Shown one piece after another: positions 1-13,200 of a stretch of 64,000 nucleotides of DNA; within the stretch, counting starts at the first letter, position 1; each line of letters begins with the position of its first letter. The position numbers and the translations under genes were made by a program. The notes beneath the pieces were generated by a model. It ran no database searches and had not been told where the DNA came from. It saw only the letters and a program-made list of their open reading frames with translations. The stretch covers positions 1 to 64,000 of the forward strand of contig CAWJKT010000018.1 of assembly GCA_963843375.1 (NCBI GenBank). Reading direction: 5' to 3'. Source of the stretch: an uncultured Pseudomonadota bacterium (GTDB lineage Bacteria > Oederibacteriota > Muellerivitia > Muellerivitales > Muellerivitaceae).

Positions 1-1
1 C

Positions 2-115
2 CCATGCAACCTTACGGTATGTGTGGATAAGAAGCACGAGTGCATGGTGGCATTAAGGCCGGAGGACGTGTTGAAAGACTTGAAGCAATTATTGAAGAGG
101 ACCATCGTGGTTTAA
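2..115 (+). CDS. C-terminal end of a glycosyltransferase family 9 (heptosyltransferase-like) protein, truncated by the window edge
   Basis: Frame from base 2 reads PCNLTVCVDKKHECMVALRPEDVLKDLKQLL..*. This is the Cys-rich C-terminus (C..C...CM..(I/L).PE.V) also seen in the two GT9 genes downstream. Confidence 0.6.
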   Translation, partial: PCNLTVCVDKKHECMVALRPEDVLKDLKQLLKRTIVV

Positions 116-280
116 ACTGAAAATTTGAATCATTTTATTGGGGGAAATGGCCGCCGAAAAGGCGGACGTTTGTGATAAAGCAACCCTAGTTTATATGAGT
201 TCCCAAATCGAAAAGATAAAAAAGATCGTCACGTCGCTTACTACCCCGGTTGGGGCAGTTCCTCGAGGTGACACAGTAAG

Positions 281-1332
281 GTGAATATGGTTTCTTTTCA
301 AAAAATTCTCCTGATCCGTCCCCGGTTTCTGGGGGATATGATTTTGACCACCGGATTAGCCGAGGTGTTCCATCAGGATAGCCCGAAAGCCGAAGTCTGG
401 GTCTTGACGGAAAAGGCTTATGCGGACTCCCTTCAAAATCATCCAGGTTTGGCGGGTGTGTTGGCTTTTGATTTTTCCCGAAAGAATAATCCCTTTTATC
501 TTTTGGTCTTTTTACAGCAACCTTCGAAAGCATAAATTCGACGTGGTTTTGGATTTATTCTGCAATCTTCGGACGGCTTTATTTTCTTATTTTAGTGGGG
601 CACCCGTGAGAGTTGGCTTTGAAATGCGGGGGAGATCCTGGGCTTATAACGTGATTGCGCCGCCTTCGTCCGTACCCTTGCCTTCGGGTCGAAGGCCGGT
701 GGTGGAAGGCGTTCTTGGATCAAGCCCGCGCTTTGGGTTTAAAACAAAAGTCGGTTTATAAGACTTTGCTAGGTGTTACAGAGGATGAAAAAGCCTACGT
801 TCATAAATTATTCGATCGAGCGGGAATCAAATCGGGTCAAAAAGTGGTGGCGATTACCCCTGGGGCATCGTGGCCCGCCAAGCGTTGGCACTTGGAGCGG
901 TTTATCGAACTGGGCTTTTGGCTGAACCGTTCAGGCATACGTCCCCTTTATCTTTTCGGGCCTAAAGAGGCGGATTTGGCGAAGGAATTTGAAGCGCATA
1001 TGGATAAGGACTGGCTTTTCATCAACCAACCCAATATCAGGGGCCTGATGGCTTTTATTGAGGGGGCGGACGCCCTGGTGGCCAATGATTCGGGGCCGAT
1101 GCACGTGGGACCGGCGGTGGGGACCCCTACCTTAGGCCTCTTTGGACCCGGGGAACCCGAAGTTTGGTTTCCCTACGGTAAACCCCACAAGTTGGCTTAT
1201 GCTGAAGTTGCTTGCAGCCATTGCGGATTGGATGATTGTTCATTCATGGCCTGCATGGATCATTTGGAAGTTAAAAAAATCGCTCAAATTGTTTTAAACT
1301 TAGCGGGTCAAAAACCCATCCAATTGGAGTGA
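281..1332 (+). CDS. Glycosyltransferase family 9 (ADP-heptose:LPS heptosyltransferase-like), split by two frameshifts
   Basis: KILLIRPRFLGDMILTT (281-535), FDVVLDL..N.RTA (420-761) and PGASWPAKRW...NDSGPMHVGPAVGTPTLGLFGP (655-1332) are GT9 motifs in three overlapping frames. Confidence 0.85.
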
Positions 1333-1468
1333 GATTTATCCCGTTTTACCCCTCCTTTCCCGTCAAAACAATTAATTAAATATTCACCAGCACTCGTAAG
1401 TCCGTTTCCCAAAAGGTCCAGTTCTCTTTATAATACGGCGACTTTATCCCCCACTTCAGGAGCCCACT

Positions 1469-2387
1469 GTGTTCGGCAAAGGAAAAATCTGGTTCGACGG
1501 GAAAATGGTTGATTGGAAGAAAGCCAATATCCACATTTTGTCCCACGCGATTCATTACGGCTCGAGCGTTTTCGAAGGCATTCGATGCTACTCGACTAAA
1601 CAAGGCCCGGCTATTTTTCGCCTGGAGGCTCATATTGACCGACTTTATGATTCCGCCAAAATCTATCGGATGGATATTCCTTACACCAAAAAACAATTTA
1701 TGGACGCAGTGGTTAAAACCGTGAAGCTCAATAAGCTCAAGAGCTGTTACATCCGCCCCTTCTTTTTCAGGGGCTATGGCGCTATGGGACTTTACCCGAT
1801 CAAAAATCCCGTCCAGTGCGCGATCGCGGCTTGGGCTTGGGGATCATACCTCGGCGTGGATTCCCTGGAAAAAGGAATCTCGGTGCGTATTTCCTCCTGG
1901 CAGCGGCCTGCGCCGAATACTTTCCCCACTTTGGCGAAGGCCGGGGGAAATTATTTGAATTCCCAACTGATGAAGATGGAAGCGGTTCAGGATGGTTTTG
2001 ACGAAGCCATTGCCCTAGACCACTATGGTTACGTTTCGGAAGGTTCGGCGAGAAAACGTATTCATGGTGAAGAATGGGGTTATCTTCACGCCGCCGACTA
2101 GTTCGGCCATTTTGGCCGGCATCACCCGCCATTCTATTTTCGTGTTCGCCCGGGAATTGGGCATCGAGATTCGCCAGCAGGTATTGCCGAGGGAAGGGCT
2201 TTATATTGCGGATGAGGTTTTCTTGTCCGGCACCGCCGCCGAGATCGTGCCCGTTTCCAAGATCGATAACATCGTCATCGGAAACGGCAAGAGGGGCCCG
2301 ATAACTGAAAAAGTCCAGAAGACCTTCTTCGAAATTCTCAGGGGCGAGACACCGGACCGGTTTGACTGGCTGACGCCGGTTCAATAG
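1469..2387 (+). CDS. ilvE: Branched-chain amino acid aminotransferase (class IV PLP enzyme), frameshift near 2050
   Basis: [51 protein letters not shown] and [16 protein letters not shown] motifs across ORFs 1469-2101 and 2025-2387. Confidence 0.93.
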
Positions 2388-2390
2388 AGG

Positions 2391-3484
2391 CTGGAACCCA
2401 TCCGTAACGCTCGAACCAAAAAAAATACTGGTCATACGCCTCAGGGCTATCGGCGATATTATTATGGCTACGCCGGTCTTGCGGGCCCTGCGCAAGGCTT
2501 TTCCTTCCGCCCAAATTCATTTCGCACCTATGCTTCCAACGAACCTCTTTTGCGGCATAATCCGAACCTGGACTGGCATGGAGATTTACCGCTGAAATCA
2601 ATTCGCCTTTTGGTGAAAAACTAAAGTTTTTGACCGGCGGTGCGGCGGGAAAAATATGATTGGGTTTTCGACCTGGAAGCCACGCCCCGAAGCGCTTGGC
2701 TGACTTTGGCCACCGGCGCCCCGGAAAGGGTGGGATACGCCTTTCGATGCGCAAATGGGCCTTCACCCAGCGGTTGCCCAAAAACCAGGTTCGGAGATTT
2801 CAGAGCGATGTTTGCCTGAGCCTGATCCGCCATTTGGGAGTGAAGGATGATGGGATTCGGACGGAGATATTCCTCGGTCCGGAGGAGAGGGACTGGGCCC
2901 AAGGATTATTTCAGCCAGCCCGAACTTGTCGCGACAACGCTGGCGGATCGGGCTCAACCCGACGGGGGCTTGGACTTCCAAACAATGGCCCGTGGAGCGT
3001 TGGCGGCAATTGATCCTGTTGCTGAATGAAAGCCTTGGGATCAAACCCTTTCTCTTTTGGGGGCCTGGATCGGAAGGGCTTGTAAAGGAGATATCCAAAG
3101 GATTAGAGGATCGGCTGATTTTGATTCCTGAGACGACTCTTTTACAGGCAGCAGCTTTTGTTTCCGGGTTTGAATCTTTTAATCGGTACAGATGGCACGC
3201 CCCAGCACATGGCCCAAGCCCTGGGAACCCCTAGTCTTACCCTCTTTGGGCCCAGTTGGGGAAATGGATGGACTCTCACCGGTTATCCTCGCTACCGTTA
3301 CTTGCAGCATTTTCTGGATTGCGGCCCTTGCGACCACACCCTTTGTCCTTTTCCCGAGCGTCCTTCGGGTGTTTCCGGTTTTCCACCGCTGGGGTCGCCC
3401 CATTACCACCGAGAATGCATGGACCGAATCACTCCTGAAATGGTTCTGGGGGTTGCCCGGCAAATGCTTCCTTCGGCTGATTAA
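2391..3484 (+). CDS. Glycosyltransferase family 9 protein, multiply frameshifted (start approximate)
   Basis: From about 2420 the DNA reads KILVIRLRAIGDIIMATPVLRALRKAFPSAQIHF. Later frames give GLNPTGAWTSKQWP and GTDGTPQHMAQALGTPSLTLFGP..CGPC..CM. Confidence 0.75.
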
Positions 3485-5549
3485 CTTATCAAGGATTCCG
3501 ACTGTTTTTTTGAATGCAGAAGCAAGGCCATCCAAGACCCCAACAACCCACAGGGATATAAGGCTTAAAAAAAGACCAAACCTGAAACTGGTAGGTTCGT
3601 AGGAAAGTCGTGCTTCTTTATCCCCCGCTTTTATCGCCACGGCTTGAAATAAGCCGTCGGCCAAATGGATATCGGCAGGTTTGCCATCCACCCATGCCCT
3701 CCAACCCGGCATGGCATTTTGCGTCATAACTAAAAAACCATTTTTTTTATCGGGGGGGATAGAGATAATTTGGGCGCCGATGGGGGATTGTGCCGCCAGT
3801 GGGTTCTGGGAAACGGGAAAAGTATCGAGGAAAAGATTTTGAAGGGGACTCGCTTTGCCGCTAGCGAAAGTCGGTGAAAATGCTTTTTCGGTCGGCGGAT
3901 TGGGCGGTGCCTCTGAAAAAGAAATGGGAACCGACCGAATCTGGATTTTGCCAGAGAGTCCATTTTCCATCGGTTTCGATTTTAACGAAAGGCAGGGGCA
4001 AGTTGTTTTGAGGCAAATAAAGAAGGTCGATTCCCAGCAAGTCCACCAGATTCGCGTTGTCCGAGGGAAATAAATATTGGAAATAAAACCCGGCATCCAG
4101 CGCGCCCCAGGAAGGCTGAGTAGACCCATAAAAGGTGGCCAGGGGCAGAGAAACGAAAAGATTTGAGTCGGGGATGAAGTGTTTGAAAAGAGGCTTGCGT
4201 TCGGGATCGGGCATGGGGGTGTAGAGTGCTTGGTGTTCCTCGAGGCTTGGCAAAACGAGGATGCGCCCCGAACCAAGATGGTTCTTTATTTTCTGGGACT
4301 TCAGCCTCCAATTGCCCATTGGGCAGGGCGAGATTTGACTCAAGTGGATGAACCCAAATGGGGATAAGCAGATTCAATAGGCAAGCGGCAAGAGCAGGCC
4401 ATTTCCAATTTCCTGGATTGGGAAAAATATCTTCCAGTAATAATCCCAACGAATATTAATTCGAAAACATTGACGAGAACCCAGCATTTAGCCGGTTCCA
4501 GAAACCCTGGAAAAGGAACATGGATGGCTTTAAGCGGCATCAAAAAGCAGCCTAGCGACCATAAAATCGAAGAGAAAAAAACCAACGAGGAAGAATCGGG
4601 TATTGGGTTTTAACCGTTGAAAACGGAATAAACCCCAAAACAATAGGGATAAGGGGATCAGTCCCGAGTAGAAATTGAAATAAAAAAAGCTTGGGGAGGC
4701 CACATAGTCGGGTTTTCCATCTTGCGCCAGCGCATTGGGGTTAAAGAAGGTCTTAAGGTTTTCCATTGGGAGAAAGAAATTAGGATTGTCATGAACGGCA
4801 GGAAGGCGCACGCAATTGATAAGGAAATATTCCGCCGATGGAATCCATTGGGAGGCGGCAAGCAAAAGTCCTCCTATCAATGGAAAGAAAAGGACTTTTA
4901 CCGAAGGCCAGCCTTTTGAAAAGGCAACATAACAAAGGCATCCTAAGACCGTGTAGAAAATAATTTGTGGGTAACCGGCTAAAATTTGGAAGGTTAAGTA
5001 TAAAGCGAATCGAATCCGGGCCCAAGGTCGGCTTTCAAGGCTTTGTTGGGTGGCCATGAATACCCAGGGGATCCAAGCCATGGTATCCATGGAGGAATTG
5101 CTTCCTAAATGATTATAGGCGCAACTATTTAAAAGAGCGATCGAAGCACTGAGGAAAGCCCAAAATGGCCTGACGCTTGAGTTCCTTAAAAAGCTATAGA
5201 TACCAACCGAAAAAACGAGCAAATGAAGAAGTCCAGAATAATTCCATGCGGAAAGCCCCAACCAGGTAAAAAGAAGAGTGCCCGGGTAAAAACATTCCGT
5301 TTGCCAAGTCGCCAGCCAGGGTATTCCAAAGGCCGAAAGGGGATTCCATAAAGGAAGATGGCCATTCCTTAAGGATGAAAGAACGGACCAACGGATCGGG
5401 AGGTTCCAGGTGTCATTTTCAGGACAAGCGGTGTGGAGTTCTGGGTGCAGCAAAAGGGGACTGTAGGCTAGCAAGAGCAGGCTGGTCCAGGCGATTATCA
5501 ATATCAGTTTTTGAGGAGGAGAATTTGGGATAATGATGGGCTTTTGCAT
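3480..5549 (-). CDS. YfhO-family integral membrane (GT-C-like) protein, frameshifted; 3' end uncertain
   Basis: N-terminal GHLPLWNPLSAFGIPWLA..FYP and many transmembrane segments. The C-terminal FLVMTQNAMPGWRAWVDGK...FQAV...LSYEP.SF..GL motif is typical of YfhO. The pieces lie in ORFs 4530-5549, 4340-4585, 3861-4343 and 3179-4276. Confidence 0.75.
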
Positions 5550-5615
5550 TAACTTATTTTAACTGTTCCGACTCCGTGTTTCCCAATGAACATAAGTGGA
5601 GTCCGGCCTTTGCTA

Positions 5616-6631
5616 TTACGTGTGAAATTCCCCGCCCGATATTTCCGGCTCCATACCCATATCCTTGATCATCTCATGGTCGGCATTTTGTCCCTGTCCC
5701 GAAGTGGTTAAATAACCGTTGGTGAAAATGGAATTGGCGACATAAAGAACCAAGGGCTGAAGGGAGCGAAAAGTGACTTCTCGGCCTCCCGCCGCTCGGA
5801 CATCCACATCCGGATGGACAAAACGGAAAAGGCTTAACACCCGAAGGGCGTAATAGGGCTCGACGTGGGGACGGCCCTCGAAGGGTGTTCCGGGACGGGG
5901 ATCAAGGAAATTAACGGGTATGGAAGTGGCACCGATGTCCCTCAGAGCGAAGCAAAGATCGACGACATCTTCATCCTCTTCACCCATTCCGATGATTCCG
6001 CCGGAACAAACTTGCATGCCCGGCTTCCTTGGCAAACCGCGTGGTTTGTACCCGATCCTCATAACTGTGGGTGGACACGATTTTTTCATACAACCGCTCG
6101 GACGTTTCAAGATTATGGTTAAATCGGTCGACCCCGGCTTCGGCAAGCCTTTTCGCTTTTTCAGGAGTCAGGATTCCCAAAGAGGTGCAAACCTTTACAC
6201 CGATTTCAGATTTGATACTGGCGCGTCGCCTCGCAAATCACGTCCAAGTCCCGATTGCTGGGACCTCTTGTCGCTGTCACCATACAATATTTCCAAGCGC
6301 CGGCCGCCTTTGCTTTTCGGGCGCCTTCCACCAATGTTTCCACTTCCATCATGGGGTATTGGAGGGAAGGGGTTTGATATTTTGAGGACTGGGAGCAAAA
6401 GCCACAATCCTCCGGGCAGGCCCCGGATTTGGCATTTTGCAAAACGTGGATGCGGACCTTGTGACCGTGAAAGGCCCGCCGGACAAGGTAAGCGGAGTGA
6501 ACAATCGACAGGGTTTCCGATTGAGGGGCACGAAGGACCGTAAGCGCTTCTTCCTTGGTGGGTGTTATTTTATGGAGGGCCTTATCGGCCAAACTTTCCC
6601 AGAGCGAAGCGTTAGAAATGATAACCGCCAT
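5616..6631 (-). CDS. bioB: Biotin synthase (radical SAM), frameshifted
   Basis: [17 protein letters not shown] (CxxxCxxC), [36 protein letters not shown] and ANSIF.NGYLTT.G across three frames. Confidence 0.93.
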
Positions 6632-7238
6632 GGTGTCGTCCTTTCATTAATGTCCCGAACAAATCGCGGGTGAGTATAACATAACCCTTTAACTTGAAAT
6701 TTAACTGATCCATGGAGTCTCCAGGTTCTATCCCAAATATTGAAATGAAAAAAAATTCGGAACAGTCCGTGAATCGGCTTTAAAAGCTTTCTCGGGTTGA
6801 GGTTTTTGTTTAGATGGTTTTGGAAGCTTTAAAGAAGTTTTGGCCATTCTGAATCAATAGTTCCCCGTGAGAACAAAATCAGGATTGATATTGATAATAA
6901 ATATCATGCAAGAATGAGTTTACTTTCATTACTTTCATGGTTTTTGACCATAATTACTTTGTTAAAATTATATTTATCCTTATTTTTCAAGGCTTTTTCA
7001 CCCCAAAATAAACTGAATTTTTATCTTTGAAATGGTAATATTTTACTCATACAAGCCGTTAGGTTAAACGTAGAAGCATAATTCTTGAAACGTTTTTTGC
7101 TTCTTTTTTTTCTTCCAGGTGACTGAAATCATCTAATAAATGACTGCTTTAACGATTCTCGAAAGCGATCAAGTCATTTTCCGACATTCCTTAAAATCTA
7201 AATTCCATTGAACCGGAAAATTCAAAATTGAGTATTGA

Positions 7239-10200
7239 GTGTTTTTAATTAAACGTGAAATCGTTATTGAAAGCTTTTGGATGAACGAACCAAAGTTAAA
7301 TAAAAATATTATAGAGCGATCAAAACGGGTTGGAAAATCCTGTTGGATAGCCTTTGTCATTTTGGCTAGTTTGGCAAGCCATCCTTCCGCGGTTTATTCT
7401 CAATGTACCCCCACTTCCGCCACGATGTGCTCGTCGGGTGACGACGACACCACGATTTACGTCGGCGGAGTTTCCATCGGTTACTTTCCTTATGCGGGGG
7501 CCACCGGAACCGGCGATGCCGGAAATCCCACATGTGTGAGCGTTCCAACGGCTCTGTTGACCGGTGCGCAAGTCTGTTTGGCTGTTTACACCCAAAACAC
7601 CGCTCCTCTCGTCAACTTTTCGTCCTGGGATTTGGACATAACTTGCGCCGGGGGGGAGCATTCGGAAATTACTAGTAACAATACCTCTGACATGACCCTT
7701 TACTACACGAGCACGGGCAATCCCTCAACCCCGCCGCCTCCCGATGGTAGCGGTAATCCCTGGTACTCTCCAAATTACAATCCCACTTCAAGCCTCTTTA
7801 CCCTTACCGCCGCTGCCGTCACTTGCGCCGAGACCTGGGCCGAACCTATTTACAACCCTGTCACGGGCGCCCAACTGACGTTCCAAGCAAATGAGTGCGA
7901 TGCGGATACCGGCAGCGGCAACATCACGGGAGCATTGTTTTGGCGCGAGTGCGAACCCATTCCCCCTCCGGCACCACTTTTGGGACCGACCGCCTTTACT
8001 ATCACCAAGTCTATCGTTGGAGGGCCGGTCTATAATGTTCCAGGTTCGAATGATGTCTCGGTGACTTATGCCATCACTTTTTGCAACACAGGCGCCGCCG
8101 TCACTACCCCGGTTACCATCCAAGACAATATTTCGGGCGGCGGCATGCAATACAATTCGGGCTGCATTCCCGCTCCCAGTCAGCCCCAACCTTACACTCC
8201 CTATTGCGGCGGAAATGGATCTGTGATTTACCCCCTGGGGATGCCGGGTAATTATTGCCAATCGGTGACTTTTCTTTATACCAACTATTATTATCCGAAT
8301 GACTTTTGTGCGACCTTCGTCAATAACGCTACTATTTCTGATGGTGTCGTCAGCACCACCTCCAATTCGGTGACTGCCAATATAGTTTGTGCGACCAATA
8401 CTTTCACCTATACGCCGACCTATACCTACAGCCCCACTCCCAGCTATACCCCAACACCAACATGGACTCCTACCCCGCCACCTTCTACCCTTAGTCCAAC
8501 TAATACTTACACCTTTACCCCCAGCTACACCCCCACCCCAACTTGGACGAATACAACTGTTCCGGGAACCTTTACAGCCACCAATACTTATACCTTTACC
8601 CCCAGCTATACCCCAACCAATACTTTGACGGCCATACCTACTGCCACAGCAGGGGCGGCTTGCGGATCGAGCTCTGGAATTACCACACCTAACCTGACTT
8701 TAGGAGTTGCCATGGGGCAGTGTACCGGAGAGTTGAGTTACTATTTTTACGTTGTGAATAATGGGGCGACGGCGGTTCCGGTTGCCGATGTTTGTTTTGA
8801 GTTTTGGGCCTATGACACAGTTGCCACCGCTTGGGGCTCGCAACAAGACAGCCTCGGTGGTACTTACAACAGTGGCGGTACTGGTTACACGGGTGCAAAT
8901 GGAGCCTTTACTGTGACGGCCACAAAAATGTCCACTCCTTGCACTGTTATTAACGGAGTCGTAACGACTTACGCCAATTGGGAGTTTACTGTTTGCAACT
9001 CGACTTCCACGAGCATGATTCCGGCGGGTGGCGGTTATTGGTATGGAGGAGAAATTGGTCTTTATACTTCAGCCCCCTCTGGATATAGCTACACTCCCGG
9101 ACTCTCCTCTTGGTACAGTACGGCGCCTCCAGGAGGTTCGTGTTCCTCACCAACCGTGGCCGGATTTGGCGCGGGTGGATTCTATAATATTCCGCAATAC
9201 GCTTTGCTTTACAACGGCCAATTAGTCAACGAGGGTGGAGGAACGGACGCTAATACGGGAGTGGTTCCTTGCGCTGTCGCAAACACCTGTACACCCACCT
9301 TAACTCCTACCCCCACCATTACCCAATCCCCCACCCCAACTTATTCCAACACAAGAACCTATACTCCCACGAGCACTTTTACCAATACCGCCTCTTTCAC
9401 GATCACGAATACTTTTTCACCCACATTCACCTATACTTTTACCCCCAGCTTTACTCCCACCCCCACCTATAGCAACACTGCTTCTCCCACAATTACTAAT
9501 ACCTTTACTTTGACTAATAGCTATACACCTACCGCAACTTACACCAATACTTTTTCTTTCACACCGACTCCTACCTACACCAATACCTATTCTCAGACCC
9601 CTACATCTACTTGGACCAATACCACTACCTGGACGCCAACCAATACCTATCCCTCCAGTACCGCCACCAGCACGGCCACTAAAACAGCAACGAATACGCC
9701 AACGAACACGACGACGACCACCCCTACCAATACCGCAACAAATACTCCAACCAATACCATTACCCAAACTTTGACCAACACCGCGACCAATACCGCAACC
9801 AATACGATTACTCAGACCTTGACCAAAACCGCAACGAATACTCCAACCAATACTATTACCCAGACATTGACCAATACGGCGACGAACACCCCGACCAACA
9901 CGATTACTCAGACGCTGACCAATACGGCGACCAACACACCAACAAACACAATTACTCAAACACTAACCAACACCGCTACCAACACACCAACCAACACGAT
10001 AACTCAGACCTTAACCAACACCGCGACCAACACACCAACCAAAACGATTACCCAGACACTGACTCAAACCACGACCAATACCCCCACTAATACGACGACG
10101 ACCACTCCGACAAACACAGCCACGAATACCCCGACAAACACCATTACTGAAACACTGACAAATACTGCTACCAACACCCCGACTTTCACCACGACGAATA

Positions 10201-13200
10201 CCCCGACTAATACAACTACCAATACGCCAACGAACACAACCTCCAATACCCCGACTAACACGTCCACGAATACCGCGACGAGTACTGCGACCAACACCAC
10301 AACGAACACACCGACCAACACTAAGACCAATACACCCACTAATACGGCCACAAATACGGCGACGAACACGACTACCAATACAACCACAAATACGCCGACT
10401 CCGACCACGTCCAATACGCCCACGAATACCGCCACTCCGACGACGACCAATACACCAACCAATACCGCCACGAATACACCAACGAGCACCACAACGAACA
10501 CCCCGACCAATACGACGACCGCCACGCCAACGAATACGACCACCAATACGCCGCTTAATACCCCGACCAATACGGCGACGAATACCGCGACCAACACCAC
10601 AACGAACACGCCGACCAACACCACGACCAATACACCAACGAATACGGCCACAAATACGGCGACGAACACGACTACCAACACAACCACAAATACACCGACT
10701 CCGACTACGTCCAATACGCCCACGAATACCGCCACCCCGACGACGACCAAAACACCAACCGATACCACCACGAATACACCAACGAGCACCACAACGAACA
10801 CGCCGACCAATACGACGACCGCCACGCCAACGAATACGACCACCAATACGCCGCTTAATACCCCGACCAATACGGCGACGAATACCGCGACCAACACCAC
10901 AACGAACACGCCGACCAACACCACGACCAATACACCGACTAACACTTCCACGAATACGGCAACGAACACGACTACCAACACAACCACGAATACGCCGACT
11001 CCGACCACGTCCAATACGCCCACGAATACCGCCACCCCGACGACGACCAATACACCAACCAATACCGCCACGAATACACCAACGAGCACCACAACGAACA
11101 CGCCGACCAATACGACGACCGCCACGCCAACGAATACGACCACCAATACGCCGCTTAATACCCCGACCAATACGGCGACGAATACCGCGACCAACACCAC
11201 AACGAACACGCCGACCAACACCACGACCAATACACCAACGAATACGGCCACAAATACGGCGACGAACACGACTACCAACACAACCACAAATACACCGACT
11301 CCGACTACGTCCAATACGCCCACGAATACCGCCACCCCGACGACGACCAAAACACCAACCGATACCACCACGAATACACCAACGAGCACCACAACGAACA
11401 CGCCGACCAATACGACGACCGCCACGCCAACGAATACGACCACCAATACGCCGCTTAATACCCCGACCAATACGGCGACGAATACCGCGACCAACACCAC
11501 AACGAACACGCCGACCAACACCACGACCAATACACCGACTAACACTTCCACGAATACGGCAACGAACACGACTACCAACACAACCACAAATACGCCGACT
11601 CCGACCACGTCCAATACGCCAACGAACACGGCGACCAACACCGCCACCAGCACGGCTTCGAACACGGCGACGAATACGGCTACCGCGACTCCGACTAATA
11701 CGGCCACGAATACCGCCACCCCGACGACGACCAATACACCAACCAATACCGCCACGAATACACCAACGAGCACTACAACGAACACGCCGACCAATACGAC
11801 GACCGCCACGCCAACGAATACGACCACCAATACGCCGCTTAATACCCCGACCAATACGGCGACGAATACCGCGACCAACACCACAACGAACACGCCAACC
11901 AACACCACGACCAATACACCGACTAACACTTCCACGAATACGGCAACGAACACGACTACCAACACAACCACAAATACGCCGACTCCGACCACGTCCAATA
12001 CGCCAACGAACACGGCGACCAACACCGCCACCAGCACGGCTTCGAACACGGCGACGAATACGGCTACCGCGACTCCGACTAATACGGCCACGAATACCGC
12101 CACCCCGACGACGACCAATACACCAACCAATACCGCCACGAATACACCAACGAGCACTACAACGAACACGCCGACCAATACGACGACCGCCACGCCGACG
12201 AACACGACCACCAATACTCCGATAAATACACCCACGAATACGGCAACCAACACGCCGACCAACACCACAACGAACACGCCGACCAACACCACGACCAATA
12301 CCCCGACTAATACGGCCACGGATACGGCAACGAACACGACTACCAACACAACCACGAATACGCCGACTCCGACCACGTCCAATACGCCCACGAATACCGC
12401 CACCCCGACGACGACCAATACACCAACCAATACCGCCACGAATACAGCAACGAGCACTACAACGAACACGCCGACCAACACCACTTCCGATACGCCAACG
12501 AACACGGCCACGAATACCCCGATAAATACACCCACCAATTCAGCGACGAATACAGCGACCAATACCACGACAAACACGCCAACGAATACCGCCACGAACA
12601 CGGCCACGAATACGACGACCAACTCACCGACCCCGACTCAAACGAATACGCCTACCAATACAGCCACGGCCACAACTACTGGCACGCCAACGAACACGAC
12701 AACGAATACTCCGACCCCGACCACTTCCAATACCGCCACCGACACGGCTACGCCGACTCAAACGAACACTCCGACGAACACAGCCACCCTGACGCCCACG
12801 GGCACATCGACCAACACGGCCACGGATACGGCCACGGCGACCGCCACCAATACCGCTACGAACACTTCGCTGAATACGGCGACCAATACCGCCACCGATA
12901 CTGCCACGAACACGCCGACGAACACTGCGACGGCTACGGCCACCAGCACGGCTTCGAACACGGCGACGAATACGGCTACCGCCACGGCTACCGGAACCCC
13001 GACGAATACGGCGACGGTGACGGATAGCTTTACAGCGACGAATACCGCCACCGACACGGCTACGCCGACTCAAACGAACACTCCGACGAACACAGCCACC
13101 CTGACGCCCACGGGCACATCGACCAACACGGCCACGGATACGGCCACGGCGACCGCCACCAATACCGCTACGAACACTTCGCTGAATACGGCGACCAATA

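Noticed and set aside
6632..7238. Riboswitch or BirA operator in the AT-rich bioB/giant-gene divergent region
   Set aside because: I could not identify a convincing BirA palindrome or riboswitch consensus by eye.
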